From positions 2,108,001-2,172,000 of the forward strand of contig NC_027218.1 of NCBI RefSeq assembly GCF_000981445.1: DNA of 64,000 bases. Direction: 5' to 3'. How positions within the stretch are numbered: the first letter of the stretch is position 1; each line of letters starts with the position of its first letter. The position numbers and the translations under genes were made by a program. A model generated the notes under the pieces. That model was not told the origin of the DNA. It saw only the letters and a list, made by a program, of their open reading frames with translations, and did no database searches. Of the stretch, positions 30,272 through 42,359 are shown piece after piece. The DNA comes from Babesia bigemina. Its lineage: Eukaryota.

Positions 30272-33200
30272 ATGGCACCTCCGGATGTTACCGCGATGGC
30301 GCCGGTAGGTCGCGCTGACTCCGACGAGTTTTCGGGCGAGCTTGTTTTTTCGAACCGAACGCTTGCGAGCGCGCCCGAGAATGCGAGTGTGCCGGCCGAG
30401 GAAGATATCATGCGCCTCCCCTCTCTGGGCGAGGGGTACAAGAGCAGCCTCTTGGAGCCCAGCACTGCCGCGAGTGGCGGCTCTAGGGCGTCTTTCATGC
30501 GCTGGCATTCCCAGGGCCACCTTCTGATGGAGATGAAGCGCGACGACGAGCGGATGCGCCGAGAGGCGAAGGCGCTGTTCGAAAGCTCCTCATGCGGCGA
30601 TTCCATGTGCGAGGGCGAGTTCGGGTCGACGAAGCCCTCCGAGAGCCCGGATAGCGATCGGCACGATTCTCTGGCGCGCCTTAGCACTGTGTTCTTCACT
30701 TCCGACTCGCAGCTACAGCCCGTAAACAACGGCGTGGTTTCGTTCTTGCTGAAGACGTTCCGCCAGCTGGACGAGTCGAAGCTGATTTCCGCTCCTTTTG
30801 AGCTCACCTCCGAGATCGAGGCGTTCCGCAGCCGCATATTCGAGGTGATGAACAAGGAATTCAACAGCCTCAGCCTGTCGGAGGCGCTGCTCACGGTTGC
30901 GTTCAACCACTACGCCGGCGTCTCGCACCCCGGGTACATGACCCTGGACGAGTACATGTCGATGATGTCGCTGTACAAGGGTGTCTTTGCGAACGAGACG
31001 ATGACGCGGTTCGTGTTCGACTCCATGGACCGGCGGCGGCAGCTGATGATCACGTTGAACGACTTCATCGCCGGCATGATGGCCTGCTCCCCGCAGGCAG
31101 CCCACAAGGTGACCAGCGCCACCGGCCGCCTGCGCCTGCAGCACATCTTCCGGGCCTACGACGTCAAGCGCAAGGGCTATCTGGACCACGACGCGCTCCG
31201 CGTGCTGCTGACCCACATCCAGCAGCTTGCGCGCATAGCCAACAGCTCGAAGGTGGAACGGATGCCGAGCATGAACGGGTCGTTCATCGACATACGTCGC
31301 AGCGATTCGCTATCTGAGTCGGACCCGCAGAGCGCCACCTCCAATCTGAACGAAGTGTTGGACCTGATCATGTCGACGTACGAGAACGGCTTCGGTTACG
31401 ACGCGTTTTACTCATCTGTCGAGAGCGGCCTAATCAAGGACTCGCACCTGCTGTTGCGTTCGGACAAGGATTTCGCCGAGCTCGTAGGTCAACACCTGAT
31501 CCATGCACTCGGTCGCGTGGTCATCCCGTCTGAGGTGGCGGCCAAGGCCGAGGTCACACCGCTTCCTGTCGAAACACCACCACCTCAGGAAGAGGAACCT
31601 AAGCCCGCCCCAGTCAACGAGGACGTGTCGGGACGATCCGTTGATCGCACGAGGAAGCCCTCCATCTGGTCCTCCGCCAACTCCCCGAGGTCGGCCGAGG
31701 CAACAAGTCTGGCACCCTCACCCTACGCCAGCACGTACGCTCGCGATGGCAGGGTGCATTCCCTGGAGCCGTTTTACGGCCTCAGCGGCGTGCGCGAATC
31801 TCCCAGGTCCCTGTCTTCAAGGAGCCACTACGGCCTTTCCGGGCTAGGCACCGATCGCAAGCCGCTGTTCCAACCTGCGCCTCTGAAGGGCGGCTCTTTG
31901 GACGCCACAATACGCCCTTTCAACGAAGACGCGTTCTTCCGGAAGCTGGCTCCGTACACGAAGGCTGGCAACTTCAGGTCGTATGATGCCGATAATGAAC
32001 CCCGCCAGCTTGGCGGTAAGGCATCCGCGTTGGGCTTGGGCTTGGGCATGGGGATACCTCAGGGTGCCTCCGCGTTCCAAGGCAGTGCGGCCGTCAGCGA
32101 ACCCGAACTGCCCGCTGGCAACTTGCTATCCACCAAGGCTTTGGAAAACGCTCTCAGTGCCACCCGCGGACAAGGTGTTGCACGGGACGTCGTCCCGTTC
32201 CTGCCAAAAGGTGAGAACGCGTGGAACCGCGCGAAGAGCGTGGAGTGCCACACAGAGTGGATGACGTTTCGGAAGCGCGCTGACACTGATGGCATCTTGG
32301 GGACCTCTCGTAGCGCCGGCTACGCACGCATCTCCGGCCTGGGTATGGCCGGATTCGGCTTTTCAGATCTATGCGACCCGGTGAAGGACAAAATGGGCAT
32401 CTCCGAGTCCATGTTGACCTCCAACTTGAACATGTCTACAACGCCACCGCAGGACACCACCACCGAGACGTTGGCACTGAACGATGCCTCGCCCAGCATG
32501 ATCGGGGCGACACTCCGTCGCTCCAACTCGCGGTCGCAGGAGACAACGGAGTGCAAGATGGACGCGCCAGCTCCGGAGCGCCACAACAGCGTGAGGTTCG
32601 AGGACTCCGTGCCAGCGTCGTCTGCCACGGCGGCCTCGGATTCCGATCTCGAGGGCATCCTCAGCAGGCGCCTGTCGGACCTCTGCCGCCGCTACCGCGC
32701 GAGGTTCATCGGGTTCAACAGCTGCATGCTCGCTGACAGCACGATCGCGTTGAAGGTGTACGGCGAGATTTACACCAGGACGTTCAAGTGCCAAGACTAT
32801 TGGGGCGTCTTCGAGCGCTTCCACTGGTGCTCCTACAACGAGCTGCTGGAGCTGTGCGACGTCGTTTGCGGCGTCGTCAGACAGGAGGGCAGCGTGCTCC
32901 ACATGGAGGGGACTGTGCAGATGCACGGCCCTCTCAACGGCAGCGTGCTGACGCTGCTGGAATCGTTCAACTGCCTCGGCTGGCCGTTGCACGGCAACAC
33001 CGCGGACCGTTCTGTCGCTCGAGCCGTGGATGCGAGCCAATACGCCAAGGGCGAGACCACCAAGCTCGTCTTCTTGGGCGACCTGATCGGCGAGGTCGAG
33101 GGCTTTTCCCTGGAGACCCTGTTGGTGCTCTTCTCGCTGAAGGTTCTGTACCCGTATCACGTGTTCCTCCTGCGTGGTCGCCGGGAGGCCCGTCGTCGTG

Positions 33201-33799
33201 ACTACAAGTCCGCGCTGTTCCGGGAAATATACGCGAAGCTGAGCGGCAACGCACGCCAGTTGAAGCTCGCCGACGACGAGGCGCTACTTCTGCAGAGCGC
33301 CCAGGAGCTCTACCATCGCATATACGACGTGTTCGAGCACCTGTCGCTTGCAGCCATCGTGGACGAGCGGGTGCTGTGCGTGCACGGCGCCCTGTCGAAG
33401 GCGTTCCGCTCGGTGGAGCAGCTTGCGCGGGTGCGCAAGCCCGTCATAGTGGAACAGACGTCGGTGAAGGGCGACAACCGGTCCCGCGGCGCTTACGCCA
33501 ACGTGCACGTGCGGAACGCATGCTTCGGCACGCTTTCGGATACCGTGGCCGACGCCTCCGGCGAGCAGTTCCACGCCGACTTCACCGAGAGGGAGTTGGC
33601 CTACTGCATGAGGCGTGGCGGCGTCGAGATGCTGATCACCGCGGGCCCGCCGACGGAGCGCGGTTACAGCTACGCGTACGGCGACCGCGTGCTCCAGCTG
33701 GGCGGTTACACCCCGGGCGGTATCTACTCCGCGGCACTGCTCAGGGAACAGCGCAACACGCAATACGTCATCACCCACAGGTCGATCAAGCTGCCATGA
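30272..33799 (+). CDS. EF-hand-containing PPP-family pseudophosphatase (EFPP/PPP8-like)
   Basis: EF-hand-like segments (FDSMDRRRQLMITLNDF, FRAYDVKRKGYLDHDAL). C-terminal PPP fold with degenerate catalytic motifs (MHGPLNG, FLGDLIG, LLRGRRE, CVHGAL). Confidence 0.75.
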   Translation: MAPPDVTAMAPVGRADSDEFSGELVFSNRTLASAPENASVPAEEDIMRLPSLGEGYKSSLLEPSTAASGGSRASFMRWHSQGHLLMEMKRDDERMRREAKALFESSSCGDSMCEGEFGSTKPSESPDSDRHDSLARLSTVFFTSDSQLQPVNNGVVSFLLKTFRQLDESKLISAPFELTSEIEAFRSRIFEVMNKEFNSLSLSEALLTVAFNHYAGVSHPGYMTLDEYMSMMSLYKGVFANETMTRFVFDSMDRRRQLMITLNDFIAGMMACSPQAAHKVTSATGRLRLQHIFRAYDVKRKGYLDHDALRVLLTHIQQLARIANSSKVERMPSMNGSFIDIRRSDSLSESDPQSATSNLNEVLDLIMSTYENGFGYDAFYSSVESGLIKDSHLLLRSDKDFAELVGQHLIHALGRVVIPSEVAAKAEVTPLPVETPPPQEEEPKPAPVNEDVSGRSVDRTRKPSIWSSANSPRSAEATSLAPSPYASTYARDGRVHSLEPFYGLSGVRESPRSLSSRSHYGLSGLGTDRKPLFQPAPLKGGSLDATIRPFNEDAFFRKLAPYTKAGNFRSYDADNEPRQLGGKASALGLGLGMGIPQGASAFQGSAAVSEPELPAGNLLSTKALENALSATRGQGVARDVVPFLPKGENAWNRAKSVECHTEWMTFRKRADTDGILGTSRSAGYARISGLGMAGFGFSDLCDPVKDKMGISESMLTSNLNMSTTPPQDTTTETLALNDASPSMIGATLRRSNSRSQETTECKMDAPAPERHNSVRFEDSVPASSATAASDSDLEGILSRRLSDLCRRYRARFIGFNSCMLADSTIALKVYGEIYTRTFKCQDYWGVFERFHWCSYNELLELCDVVCGVVRQEGSVLHMEGTVQMHGPLNGSVLTLLESFNCLGWPLHGNTADRSVARAVDASQYAKGETTKLVFLGDLIGEVEGFSLETLLVLFSLKVLYPYHVFLLRGRREARRRDYKSALFREIYAKLSGNARQLKLADDEALLLQSAQELYHRIYDVFEHLSLAAIVDERVLCVHGALSKAFRSVEQLARVRKPVIVEQTSVKGDNRSRGAYANVHVRNACFGTLSDTVADASGEQFHADFTERELAYCMRRGGVEMLITAGPPTERGYSYAYGDRVLQLGGYTPGGIYSAALLREQRNTQYVITHRSIKLP

Positions 33800-33846
33800 A
33801 CTATGAACCAGGACATTGTAAGCTACTGCTGACGTTAATATATCTG

Positions 33847-34852
33847 TTATGACAAATTTTGCGTTCTGAGGTTCTGCACTATGGTGTCGTAGTCCAGGCT
33901 GTCGATGCGCAGCGCATCGTCCACCGTCAGGTCACACTTGGCGGTTCTCACCTGCGCAGTTTGCGGCAACTCCGCCTCGCAACTCACCAGGGACTGCAGC
34001 GTGCCAAGCGTGTTCAGTTTGTATGCGATGTCTCGGATGAGGCTGCGCACGTAGGTGCCGCCTGAGCCGGTGACCCTTAACGCGAACCGAGGGAGCTCCT
34101 GAAACAATTACGTACGCCACAAAAAATGCCCCGACATACTGCACCAGGGACGCGTATCCTCTCGATGCTGTGCACTGTGACCAGTGACGACTTGACCTCC
34201 ACTGGCAGGCTTCGGATTGCATAATCCCGCAGGCTCCTGCCGCAGTGCTTTTTCGCTGTTTCATGATTAATCGCCCAACTGCCTAACCTACAGCTGTACA
34301 GCGGCGGCACTTGGTCATACGGCCCCTGCATCGACTGGATGGCGCTGTCTAGGTCGGCGTCAGTAACGTGCTGCCAAGGCGCTTCCTTGACCGTCTCCCC
34401 CTAAAGCAAATACGCCACGTACAATCCGTCTTACATGGGAATCGAGCGTATTGGTTTCGTATCCCAGCACCCCAGTCGCCTCGTACGTTTTACTACCTGC
34501 ACCGGTTACCTTCCGGCATGCAGACCCACCTACCCTTGAGGTAGAAGGATAGCAACTTAGTTGCGCTGCCCACGCCGATGGCGAGCACGCCTTCGGCGTG
34601 CATGTCCAGAGTGCCCCCGTGCCCCACCTTTATTTTAGGGCGTCTTGGTGTCGCCATCCGCTCCCGCAGCCCGTCCGTGAGTATCCGCTTAACAATCTGG
34701 CAGGCATCATTCGAGGTCATTCCTGGGGACTTGTAGAGGTTCAGGATGCCGCTTATCGGCGGTGGTTGAGGGCGCAAAGGCCGCAGTCCGAACCCGCTTG
34801 CGACGGCGCTCGCCACGACCACCACGCACTGCAGAAGCACGGCAACGGTCAT
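33847..34852 (-). CDS. truB: tRNA pseudouridine-55 synthase TruB, probably organelle-targeted; several short introns (boundaries approximate)
   Basis: GILNLYKSPGMTSND, KVGHGGTLD...GVLAIGVGSATK, QVPPLYS, GSGGTYVRSLIRDIA. Hydrophobic signal-like N-terminus. Confidence 0.88.
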
Positions 34853-35176
34853 TGCGTTTCTTTCCCGCTGCGAGTGGCGGACGCCGCGCTACAGCATAAC
34901 CTTCTCCACTGCATTTTGGCTATCACAGGCACTGTTGTCAGTGCCGTCGCTGCGCTACGCTGGCATACACGAGCGGCGTCACTGCCGCGTCGTGTCTCGT
35001 CGGATAACGCGATGGTTCGTGCCGTGAAATGGGTGTGAATACTACACATTTAATGTCTTCGTTAAAGTGCCCCGGCAGTTACACAAAAATGGGCTCTTAT
35101 GTAGTAGTCCGGCTCTAAATTGCCTGTCTACTGTACATGACATACACATTGCTGACTGCAGCCGTATGTTGGCTCC

Positions 35177-36082
35177 TCAGAAGAACGGCCCACCGGGCCC
35201 AGGGAACGGTCCGGGGCCTCTTCCCATCATGCCTCCGCGGTTCGCCGTCGGCGACCAGGGATGCAGCGACGGATCGATGGAAGGATCTGGTTCGCGTCCA
35301 AACGGTCCTATGGTGTCGTAGCGTGGCGCTGTGCTTCCTGGGGCCCTGTGCCCATGTTATGTTCAGTATGTACTACCGCTTCACGGCGGCGTGAACGGTC
35401 ACCAACCTTAGCTGTCTGGGTCCCTCCTCGAAGAATGGGTCATTTGGTCCCATAAGCATTCCGCTCGGGTTCCTCGGCCTATTAGGCCGCATCACTGCGA
35501 GTAGTTTATAGTGGATATACGACCTTCGCAACGGTGTGACGTCCTTGGCATTTGGTGTCACGGTGGGCGGCACGGTGCCGTGGTCACGAAATCGTGCCAG
35601 CAAGGCAAAAGCACGACGGGATAACCGTCATTCGACCCACAAACGATGCCAGCGTCACACTACCACGCGTTGTATATTTACAAACTTACAATTAGGTAGG
35701 TCATGAGGCAAGCCTAGAGCCGGGTTGAGGTCATCGACACCACGCCTCGGCAAGTTCGTCTGCCCCTATACGGCATGATTAGCTGTTTAATTTACAATAG
35801 ATGACCAGATCAGACACATGCACCACTGCCCATTTCCTGTAACCATGCCTAAAGTGGCAACTACCATCACATAACAAAGGAACGAGGCGATCTCAGCAAC
35901 AACTTTACACCCCTAACGCGACGTGTCACTAGCCACTACAGCAATGTAGCAGATCGTGCACCCCTTACCGGTAACAGTTCAGCTTCTAGATGTGCTCCGA
36001 CGGCTTCCAAAACGGGGTCGTTTGCAGGCGCCGGGGATTCTTCGACATCGTCGGCGCGGGGATATAAATCCTTAGGATCCAT
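35177..36082 (-). CDS. Probable PI31/PSMF1-like proteasome regulator, multi-exon (internal exons not resolved)
   Basis: First exon MDPKDLYPRADD... ends at a GTAAG donor. Later exons read GMLMGPNDPFF and YDTIGPFGREPDP...GPFPGPGGPFF*, resembling the PI31 proline-rich tail. Confidence 0.5.
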
Positions 36083-37369
36083 TTTATTTGCTCATGGCCA
36101 CAATAACGGTATGTAATGCGGCCGTGCAATTTATAGTGAGTGACTTAATGAGCGGATTTACGAGGCCGTGGGACACGTTACACAGCGCTTCAACACGGTA
36201 ACCCTGTATACGGTTGTAGCAACCATCGTAAATTGTCGAAGTTATACGAGTGAGTTACACAATATATGTGAATTGCGAATCTTCAATTTCGCAATTGTGT
36301 GTTGCGAAAATCAGCTAGTGGCGACTCGCCGGTTGCAGACCGGTAAGACATATCCTTACATGTCATTTCAAGAGTAGAAGTCAGCCTACAACCACCTCGA
36401 AGCTATTGCACAATACATAATAGTGCGAATTAAACTATGTGTGTGCCGTGGTGCCCCGCAAATTTGAACTGGAACGTTCGCTGTAAGCGCCATACATGCC
36501 TACCGACGAAACACAAAAGTGGACTTGTCACAGCGCACCACCATAAGACATCGCTTGTCTAAAATACATTTGAATGCCATTGCGCGGCTGTGATATTGTT
36601 TTGAATTTTCGAGACAAGTATCCGGCGGTATGATATCGAAATTTCCCGCTGTCTTCTACGCATCCCCTGACAACTGGCACGCTGGCGTAACCAATCTGTT
36701 TTACATTTACTATTTAATCCAAATGCGGTGTATTCTGCAGCGTGTGCAACTCCCGGACAGCGAAACCGGCCAAGCTGCTGGTGTGAAAGCTGTGTAGCGG
36801 GAAAGACAAAAACGCGGAAACTGCACCGTGTAAACACCCACAATTGAAACGGTCATATTTCGACGTGTATGCACAGGCGAACCGTGCCGCATTGGCGTAT
36901 TCTTCGTTAATGACGCCCTGTCTGGTGCGCACAACACGGCGGTTGTGCAACCTCCACACCGATGACATGCCTGCATTCTATGTTGGAATTAATGTCAGAG
37001 GTGAAATAGATTCGTTTTGGGTTTCGGGTATTTAACTCGCGTGGGAGCTGCGCGTTTTAACCTGCTCGCGGCTCCCTTGTCGGCACGTGGTCGGTCACGT
37101 GATTCCGCGGTATTATAGGGGATCGGTTAGGCCGATCGTGGGTGTACCGTCTCACAGTTGTATTGTATGGCATTGAGGGTTATCTCCTCGCCGGTGAGCA
37201 AGCGTGCAGCACTCTGGGAATTGACGCCTACCTGAGCTTAGGAGCCTTTTTTGTCACTTAAACGGGAGACCTGATACCCGTTCTACAAACTGGTGTACAC
37301 AATAGTGGTGGGTTTGTTGGTGGAAGACGCAAGTTGCTTTATTTGGAGCCCTGCCGCCGTGGTTGAAAG

Positions 37370-39808
37370 ATGCAGAGTACGAGAGAATCGCCGAAGCCCA
37401 TTGACATATTACGGTCAAAATCTACGGAAAACTACAATAGAGGTGGAATGGTGAGTGGACGACATTCTAGAAATTGCTCGGCGGATATTTCTGGTAAGTT
37501 GGGTCACCAGGACACAAGGTTTCAAGATGACAAGGACAGTCCCCAGGTTCACCTAGATCTACACGTCCGCAGTGATAGTGTCTTCCACAGGCGCAGTCGC
37601 GACGTATCGACGGAAATAGGAGGCGGCAGTTACACTGCGGAGAAGAAGGACCTCTACATGGTGACCACTGCCGGTAACAGCATGGGGGGTGGCGCCGGCG
37701 ACCTAGCCGCTGGCGAGTCCCTTCCCCTCAACATGCGCCTGGCTGCTGCCTCGAGGGCAACGCCCGTCAGAGAAGGCCTTCCGGGAGGAAACAGCTTCGG
37801 CGAAACTGCGGCCATCTCTAGCAGCGTCACCTCGTACCCTCCGCTGAGGTATTGCGGCAGTGGCGTTGTCGATGCGCGCAAGTACCGTGAGGAGCTTCTG
37901 ATGATCACTCGGAACCATGAGGACATGGGAAAGCGGATGTACACCCACCCTTACTACAAGTGGTTCCTCATGGGGATTGTTGTGGGTTACTCTTGCTTCC
38001 TGGGATTCTGCACCCTGCTCGACTGGCATGATTTCTCGACTCCCTGGGTGACCACCATCTTTGTTTTTCGCTTTTTGTTTTTTGTCGTGTTCACGTTCGA
38101 CCTGATCATGCAGAGTACGCAGGATATGAACATAAAAATATATCGAAACCCTGAGTTTCTTGTTGATTTGGCCCTGCTAATCTGCGAGGCTGCCAGCACG
38201 ATTTATGTCGCGCACGCGGTGTTAAATCACTGCAGCTCGCTACCCGTCGTTGTCGACAAGTGTCAGCAGGACCTGAACAATCTGAGGATCTGGTCATGTA
38301 TTCCGTTGCTTCGGCTCTACAAGCTGTGCATGCACTGCGGACCGCTCCGAACCCTGACGAAGGGTATTCTGTTGAGTATTCAGTCCCTGGCGTGGACTGC
38401 TGTTTTCGTTGTCATGGTCATCTACGCATGTGCCATATACACTACCTGGGTCTTCACGGAGGTTAAGGACGATGAGATGGACGACTACTGGGGAACGCTG
38501 CTGCGGTCGATGTACACCCTGTTCACCATCATGACGCTGGAAGGTTGGAACCAGGTGAGCAACGACACGGCCAAGTTCTACCCGAACTCGAAGTTGTTCT
38601 TCGTGATTTTCGTCTGCTTCGCCACGCTGACGGTGATGAACGTGGTCACGGGTATCATTCTGAACACGTTCCTGACGGTAAATGAGAAGTTTAGTGAAGA
38701 AAAATGCAGCAAGGGTCGATGTGACCGGTACGCCGAGGTCACTTCGATTCTGGGTGAGGCTATCAAGGGTGCGCCGAGCGGGGAGCAAGCCTGCATGTCG
38801 CGTGAGGCGACATCACAGTTTGTCTCTGCTCGTACATGTTCTAAGGACACTATGGAAGAGCACACGGCCGCTTCGGATATTTCCAACGCAGGCAATCAGC
38901 GCATGAAGGGAGAGGGTGACAAATTGGCGTCGAAGATGATGAAGGTGGGCCAGTCGATTGGGTTGAAGATGCGTAACACTATGTGGCGTATAATGCCTGC
39001 GCTGGCCAGATCACGCGAAGAAATCACAGGAGAAATCATTTTTGGCGACATCGAGCGGGGCGATGCCGATGATCACAACAACGCGCCCGCCGGTGGAACG
39101 CAGTCGCTTAATCTCCCGGAACCGCTGACACCAACCAACGCCCGCGGAGGCGCCACGGTCTTACAGGACGGCACAAGCCCTAGCACCTCAAGAAAGCCAA
39201 CGGCAAGTGAAATTCTAAACGACCTCATGGATGCGGTTGAGACGTCGCCCTCAGGAGAGCTCAGCACTCTTACGGCACATCTCCCCGTGCGCTCGCCGGG
39301 CGCCCCTGCTCCGCAGCCTGCCGCAAACAACTCGATTCAGGGCGCATGCAAGGTTAACATGAGCGGCGACATGAGGTCGAATGACTGTGTGGTCTATGGC
39401 TACCGCAATGAGGGTGAAGTGGGATCGACCGAGATGCTGCGCTTCGTCGCGGCGCAGACCGGAGACCACGCAGTCATCGACATGACCTTCCGCGACCCCT
39501 ACGCCACGCTGACAGATCCGTCAATCAAGCAGGCGCTGCGCCATGCCGGAGTGCCGATGTTCCAGGCGTACGAGGTCCTCAACATGTACTACGCGAATGG
39601 ACTGTATCAGGTGACCGTCTCCGAATTCGCCGCCGCGTGCGAGCGCCTTCCCGGCAACACCAGCGGCAAGGATCTGCTCTCCTTCGAACTGGCCTTTGCG
39701 CGACGCCTCAGCGTGCTCGAGGCGCGCATCGCCCAGGTAGGCAGCAAGCTGGACCTGCTGCTGGAGTACTTCGCCAATTCTGCCGTGGCACCGGGTAACA
39801 AGCACTAA
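37370..39808 (+). CDS. Single-domain 6-TM cation channel (Ion_trans; Nav/Cav/CatSper-like pore)
   Basis: Six hydrophobic segments; pore RSMYTLFTIMTLEGWNQV; S6 VMNVVTGIILNTF; C-terminal coiled coil. Confidence 0.85.
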   Translation: MQSTRESPKPIDILRSKSTENYNRGGMVSGRHSRNCSADISGKLGHQDTRFQDDKDSPQVHLDLHVRSDSVFHRRSRDVSTEIGGGSYTAEKKDLYMVTTAGNSMGGGAGDLAAGESLPLNMRLAAASRATPVREGLPGGNSFGETAAISSSVTSYPPLRYCGSGVVDARKYREELLMITRNHEDMGKRMYTHPYYKWFLMGIVVGYSCFLGFCTLLDWHDFSTPWVTTIFVFRFLFFVVFTFDLIMQSTQDMNIKIYRNPEFLVDLALLICEAASTIYVAHAVLNHCSSLPVVVDKCQQDLNNLRIWSCIPLLRLYKLCMHCGPLRTLTKGILLSIQSLAWTAVFVVMVIYACAIYTTWVFTEVKDDEMDDYWGTLLRSMYTLFTIMTLEGWNQVSNDTAKFYPNSKLFFVIFVCFATLTVMNVVTGIILNTFLTVNEKFSEEKCSKGRCDRYAEVTSILGEAIKGAPSGEQACMSREATSQFVSARTCSKDTMEEHTAASDISNAGNQRMKGEGDKLASKMMKVGQSIGLKMRNTMWRIMPALARSREEITGEIIFGDIERGDADDHNNAPAGGTQSLNLPEPLTPTNARGGATVLQDGTSPSTSRKPTASEILNDLMDAVETSPSGELSTLTAHLPVRSPGAPAPQPAANNSIQGACKVNMSGDMRSNDCVVYGYRNEGEVGSTEMLRFVAAQTGDHAVIDMTFRDPYATLTDPSIKQALRHAGVPMFQAYEVLNMYYANGLYQVTVSEFAAACERLPGNTSGKDLLSFELAFARRLSVLEARIAQVGSKLDLLLEYFANSAVAPGNKH

Positions 39809-40088
39809 TTTCCTTTAATTTTTCATTGAATATGCGCGTATGCAATTGAACGGGCCCGTTATTCGTCGTCTTGCTGTGGGGAGTGTGTCGCTGCGCGAAC
39901 TCACTTAGAGCCACTTCAGCTCAGGTGCTAGCACGGACGTTGCGATCCTTCGGCTGCGCGTTGCATGAAACTGTGGGATCTCAGGTGGGTGTGCGCGAAC
40001 ACGTCAGCGTGCCGTGACCAAACGTGCCACCGTCTGGTCGTTCGACTTCCCCCGCATATCGACCCTTCCGAGCCTCTTCCCGGCCAAC

Positions 40089-41880
40089 ATGGCGATCGAG
40101 TCGTTTATAGGCAGTCGGATATCGATCACGACGAACTCGGATCTGCGCTATGAGGGTAAGGATACCATCTGGGCACCATCCATGCCTCTGCGTTTGACGG
40201 ATTCCCCTGTGCATTTCTGATCTGCTCTCTGCGGGCTATATGCACGCACATTTGGTGTTGTTGCATCACGGCGGCTTGTTGTTTGCTCGTGTTTGCCAAC
40301 GTGCTAGTTGAGCTCCTTCCCATGGCAGCTTGCGTGGCGGCCTACGGCGTTTTCGCAGCTGCATAGGCGGCTTGTGAATAACCGGTAGCCGCCGTATCTA
40401 CGGCTGTGTGTAGTGCTTAGGTGTACCCTCGTTCATGACTAGTGTGAATCTTGTTGTGTCTGGAGGTTCCATGTGCCACTGTCGCTCTACAATGCCGCTG
40501 CAGGCCTTCTCTTCGACCTCAACAGCGAAGACGCCGTGATAGTGCTCCAAAACGTGCAGTGCATGGGCACTGAGAACCGCACGAGCAATGTAATCCCCCC
40601 GTCGAACCGTATACACGACTACATGGTGTTCAAGGGCGAGGACATCAAGGACCTGGGCGTTTGCGAACTGAAGAAGGAGCACCCGCCGGAGTACGGCACG
40701 TTCAACGACCCTGCTATACAAGGCATCTACTTCAATAACCATTTCGGCCAGCCGGGCGGACCGGGCCCGGGGCCCATGTATGGCCCTCGGGATGGCCCCG
40801 GCGGGCAGGGATTCGGAGTCATGCCGCCGCCACCACCACCGCCGATGATGGGGGGCCCGATGATGCATCCTATGGGCTCGCCCATGTACATGCCGCCCGG
40901 ACGTGGGATGTACATGGGACCTCCTAACATGCCGGGGCCCATGATGATGCCGCCCATGGGCCGTCCCATGGGAGCCCCGCCGATGCACGATGGGTCTTTT
41001 GGCGGCCCCGAATGCCGGCAACCGCCCTCGAGCCCGTATTGGCATGAGCCGGGCTCATTCTACGGCGGCATGCCGACCGGTATGCCACATCGGGATATCA
41101 TGCATCCGGGGAGCGCGGACAAGAGACTGCCTGGGCCCATGTTCATGGACTCATCTCCGCCTCACCAGCCCGAGGCAGACAGCGGCCGGTTTGACCTAGG
41201 GGAGTTCGACTTCGGCCCTGACCCGTTTGCTGAGGGCGATGCGCTCGGTCGCGAGGAAAGTAACTCCCCCGCTCCCCTACCCGACAGCGGTCGCCCCGAC
41301 CCACTCGACGTAGAGAAACGTGAGGAAGAGCTCCCGACATCGGAGCCGCACCAGCTGATGACGCCAACGAAGCGCGAGCACAAGGGCCCTCCTTCAGTGA
41401 AAAATTTCAACATCATCAAGGCCGAGCAACTGCTGGCCAGTCTCGGCGCCGCAGATGTGAAGGAGGACGTGGGACCATCGCAAACAAAACCCAACGCCCT
41501 AGTCGCGGATGTAAAACAAGGCAAGCCTGAAAAGGCTGCAGCGGTTGCGCCAAAGGAGGAGAAGGACCTTAGGCCCTTCTATGACAAGAAGAGCTCCTTC
41601 TTCGACAACCTGTCCAGCGACATCCACGGCGACAAGGTGGGTTTACACGGCAACCTTCTGCACTTTAGCGCAGAAAATGCTACGGAAGGAGAGGCAGAAG
41701 CAGCACGAAATCAATGTGGACACCTTCGGCGCGGACAGTGTCCGCCGCACCCAGAACAACAGAGGTCGCGGCCGTGGCGACCGCCGGGGCGGCGGCGAAC
41801 GCAAGAGGCGGGATAGCTGGAACAACGAGCGGGGTGAACGCGGAAATGCCAACAAGGGATCATCGGGAGCTAAGGCGTAA
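40089..41880 (+). CDS. LSM14/Scd6/RAP55 (CITH/Trailer hitch-like) mRNA-granule protein; introns 40156-40503 and 41637-41673
   Basis: FIGSRISITTNSDLRYEG|LLFDL...MGTE...YMVFKGEDIKDL is the LSM14 domain. FFD box YDKKSSFFDNLS, TFG box NVDTFG, RGG tail. Both introns keep the frame. Confidence 0.9.
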
Positions 41881-42359
41881 GTTGTGCTAGAGCGCCGACT
41901 CGACATTTGCCTTCAGGTCTGAGAAAGCTAAGGCGCCAGAGGCCGATGTGCCCGCACCCGCTCCCGCTGCTGAGGAATGAGGTGTCTGTAAGGATTTACA
42001 GCGGCTGCATGTGCGCATAAAGTGCTTCTGTCGTTTTGCGCCGCGCGGTGTGGCCTGCGAAGCCGTAGGACTGGGCGTGTCTAGCGCTTCGGTTCTGCGG
42101 GATCCGCCTCGTTTTGTCCCACACATTAGCCCTTCTCGGCCGAGTTTATCTGCTCAACAGTGAGAGACGTGACCTATTCGAAACGTTTAGTTATTCCACG
42201 GTGTCGTTTGTGAGGTTGGTTGGGTGTACGCGCCCGCAATTCCGGGCTGTGTATCGCGAGGTGCCGCTGTCTACCGTGGTATACGGCTGTTTTCTATCGG
42301 GAAGGTCGTGTCGAGGGGCGTCTGACTGGTGTGCGAGCGCTGTTTTCCCGAGCGACGTC

